Position numbers and translations under genes: made by a program | Shown: positions 61,870 through 64,000 of the stretch, piece by piece | Numbering within the stretch: the stretch's first letter is position 1 | Layout: each line of letters opens with the position of its first letter | Source: a virus | Length of the DNA: 64,000 nucleotides | IMG/VR virus record: IMGVR_UViG_3300034069_000021 | Coordinates: 1-64,000 of that record | Direction: 5' to 3' (one strand) | The notes under the pieces: model-generated | Database searches by the model: none | The model's input: only the letters and a program-made list of their open reading frames with translations | What the model was told of the DNA's origin: nothing

Positions 61870-62634
61870 CTACGTCACCAGACCGGGCGGAACGCCCTCA
61901 CCGGCATCGTCCTCGTCCCAGCCGTCGGCCCGGCGCAGCCACGGCGGGCGTTGATCGGCGGCGTCCACCAGGGTCGGGTCGTCAATCGGCGGGAAGCGGA
62001 CACCGCCGCGCTGGATCTTGATGCCGGTGTCACCCGAGGGCGGCACGCCCAGGGCCTCACGGAGGGAGCCCGGCGCGCGGGTCGGGTCACCGATGCGGGT
62101 CACGCTGGCCAGCCCGTCCTCCCGGCGCGCGATCAGTCGGCCCTGACGGCCCATGCCGTTGAACACGTTGCGCCAGTGCTGGAAGCGGGCGCTCCAGGTC
62201 CAGGCGTCAGCCGCGCCCCGGCCACGGTGATCGGTGTCGATGTCGCCCTTGCCGATCACGACGTCGAACACGACCCCGGTGTACTGGCCGTCGCGCTGAG
62301 TGACGCCGATGTCCTCGGCCCTGAGCGCCAGCCCGTTCCACTCGGCCCATGCCTCGGCGTGGAGCCGCGCGACGGCCACGTTGTCGCCCGTGGCCCCGAC
62401 CGGGATGGTGATCCGGTGACGCTCCACCAGGTCGCAGGTGTGCGTCACGCGGGGCTCGTCAGAGATTGGACCATCCGTCGTCGTCAGGCAGGTCGGGGAG
62501 GCCAGCCTGTCCAGGTACTCGGGTGGGGCGCTCGGGTGAGTCGGGGGCGGGGCCACCAGGGGCTCCCGGCCCTGGGCGCGCTCCGTCAGCAGACGCTCCA
62601 TCAGGCTCCCCTGCCACGGAGGCAGCTTGGCCAT
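61870..62634 (-). CDS. Hypothetical protein
   Basis: This frame has clearly higher GC3 from about 62640 downward. Candidate starts are ATG 62634, ATG 62601 (GGGGAG SD) and ATG 62715. Confidence 0.5.
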   Translation of the reverse strand: MAKLPPWQGSLMERLLTERAQGREPLVAPPPTHPSAPPEYLDRLASPTCLTTTDGPISDEPRVTHTCDLVERHRITIPVGATGDNVAVARLHAEAWAEWNGLALRAEDIGVTQRDGQYTGVVFDVVIGKGDIDTDHRGRGAADAWTWSARFQHWRNVFNGMGRQGRLIARREDGLASVTRIGDPTRAPGSLREALGVPPSGDTGIKIQRGGVRFPPIDDPTLVDAADQRPPWLRRADGWDEDDAGEGVPPGLVT

Positions 62635-63157
62635 CAGGGCCTGGATCCGCGAGCCGGGGTACCGGGTCGGGCTCGGGGATGGGGACTTCCTCGACGTCGA
62701 TGGGTCGTGAGGCATGGGTCAGCTCCTTGAGGGTGTCGGCGTCCTTGGTGGTGATGCTCTCGATGAGGCGTGCGGCCTCGTTGGCGAAGTCCTCGGCGCT
62801 GACGGCGGCGAGCACTCGGGTCGGGCTGTCCAGGCCCAGCAGGTTGGCCTCACGGTGGAGGGCTCGGAGGATGACCATGGCGGCGTCCTTGTCGCCCCGC
62901 ATCATGGCCGGGTAGTTGGCCCGCTGGATGTCGAAGATGACGGCGCGGTGACGGGCCACCACCTGGCTCGGCTGCTCGTTGTTGATGTCCCGCTGGACGA
63001 TGGCCATGTCCTTCCGGCACGTGGCCACGCTGACGCCGACCTGAGCGGCGATCTGCGCCCAGGTGGCCCCGGCGTTCTTGAGGTACATCACCTTGGTCCG
63101 ACGGGCCAGCAGCTCCTCGTTGATCAAGCTGCTGAGGTCGTCATCGCTAACGGTCAT
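62459..63157 (-). CDS. HTH DNA-binding protein with small-terminase-like architecture
   Basis: N-terminal HTH GATWAQIAAQVGVSVATCRKDM followed by a helical region ending REANLLGLDSP. Acidic, Pro-rich tail with lower GC3 that overlaps the next gene. Confidence 0.55.
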   Translation of the reverse strand: MTVSDDDLSSLINEELLARRTKVMYLKNAGATWAQIAAQVGVSVATCRKDMAIVQRDINNEQPSQVVARHRAVIFDIQRANYPAMMRGDKDAAMVILRALHREANLLGLDSPTRVLAAVSAEDFANEAARLIESITTKDADTLKELTHASRPIDVEEVPIPEPDPVPRLADPGPDGQAASVAGEPDGASADGARPGPGAPGGPAPDSPERPTRVPGQAGLPDLPDDDGWSNL

Positions 63158-63181
63158 GGTCAGAGCCTACGCCAAGGGGTA

Positions 63182-63442
63182 TCAAGTGTTACCCGACTCA
63201 CTCGGGGGCTGCTCGGGCTCGGGGTACCAGGCGCTGGTCCCGCAGTCCATGCAGCCCAGGTACTCACCCCGGTCAGAGTGAGCGCGCAGCTCCTCCAGCG
63301 CCGCCTGAGCCGCGCCGAAGTCGGCGGCATCGGCCACGATGACGATCCGGCTCCTGTTGCCGGGGTAGAAGCACGCGGTGGCCCGGTCCACCTGGGCGCG
63401 CACCACCTGGCTGTTATCAACGTCGATCACGCGGACGGTCAC
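63182..63442 (-). CDS. Hypothetical protein
   Basis: GTG 63442 after a GGAGAGCGGAG SD. 86 aa. Its stop abuts the operator. Confidence 0.55.
   Translation of the reverse strand: MTVRVIDVDNSQVVRAQVDRATACFYPGNRSRIVIVADAADFGAAQAALEELRAHSDRGEYLGCMDCGTSAWYPEPEQPPSESGNT
63186..63206 (-). promoter_or_regulatory. Operator-only copy upstream of the HTH gene
   Basis: Minus strand reads CCCGAGTGAGTCGGG (63206-63192) then TAACAC (63191-63186). No TTGACA. 28-nt leader to the ATG at 63157. Confidence 0.45.
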
Positions 63443-63947
63443 CTCCGCTCTCCTCTCGCGGTCGGATGGTGCTCCAGGTCTGGAAGCACCTCGGGCAGCT
63501 CGGCGTGAACACCTGAGCCGGGATCTCCTGCACGTGGCCACACTTGGGGCACTGGACGGTCTTGCTGGCGCTGGCCTCGGCCTGGCCGTGGACCGGGCAC
63601 TGGCGCGGGGCCATCAGCCCGCACAGGCACCCGCCTGGCTCGGGCCGGGGCGCGGCCAGCAGCTGCTCGATCTGGGCCTCGGTGATCTGCTGAGCCGCCG
63701 CCTGGCGCATGGCCGTCACCTGGGCGTCATACAGCGCCACCACCGCCCTCGCCGCCTCAGCGACAGCCTGGGCCTCGGCGCGGTCGGCCTGAGGCCCTGA
63801 CGGGGGCCAGTCATCGAACGCCGCCAACGTCTGGCGCAGGGTCTCGATCTCGGGCTGAGTCGGCTCGGGGACGGTCAGCTCGGGCCACGGACACCGCCAG
63901 CACAGGGCGGGCTCCCACCCATGGGGACAGCTCCCGCGCGTGCTCAC
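63417..63947 (-). CDS. Cys-rich (zinc-ribbon-like) hypothetical protein
   Basis: Motif CPKCGH..CPRC. Start uncertain (GTG 63947 or 63983); close to the window edge. Confidence 0.45.
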   Translation of the reverse strand: MSTRGSCPHGWEPALCWRCPWPELTVPEPTQPEIETLRQTLAAFDDWPPSGPQADRAEAQAVAEAARAVVALYDAQVTAMRQAAAQQITEAQIEQLLAAPRPEPGGCLCGLMAPRQCPVHGQAEASASKTVQCPKCGHVQEIPAQVFTPSCPRCFQTWSTIRPREESGGDRPRDRR

Positions 63948-64000
63948 TGGTCGGCCCCGTCGGCCACCCAGCAGTAGAAGCACCGATGGCCGTCCAGCGG

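Overview
High-GC (about two-thirds G+C by eye) double-stranded DNA tailed-phage or prophage sequence of actinobacteriophage type, densely coded with about 95 genes. I found no rRNA, tRNA, CRISPR array, integrase or transposase. A Lysin B (mycolyl-esterase type) and a PE-PPE-like secreted hydrolase point to a mycolic-acid-containing host (Mycobacterium, Gordonia, Rhodococcus or similar). Layout: (i) 153-8808 (+): replication and recombination genes (DUF6378-like, PrimPol-helicase, SF2 helicase, Cas4/RecB-like exonuclease). (ii) 8895-11892 (-): lysis cassette (LysA, holin-like, LysB). (iii) 12002-13465 (+): DUF6011 protein and two HTH proteins. (iv) 13468-50262 (-): one long virion block (ParB-like, 2OG-Fe(II) dioxygenase, P-loop NTPase, TerL, portal, MuF/protease fusion, capsid, connectors, 1996-aa tape measure, about 12 tail and fibre genes). 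Two small + strand genes interrupt it (RuvC-like 45544-46122; 34166-34429). (v) 50284-60285 (+): about 30 small early or accessory genes. (vi) 60450-63983 (-): HTH and small basic proteins. The main non-coding signal is a reiterated promoter-operator-leader cassette, TTGACA-TA-CCCGACTGACTCGGG-TAACTT followed by a GGCGGG/CCCGCC hairpin. There are 10 full copies on the + strand and 3 operator-only copies, and a copy lies at the start of most + strand blocks. Other points: a displaced -1 frameshift tail-chaperone pair, a roughly 45% GC island inside the MuF gene, and a candidate DNA-modification trio upstream of terL. Functions are inferred by eye from motifs; no database search was possible. Start codons were refined from the ORF track using overlaps (ATGA/GTGA), SD sequences and third-position GC.
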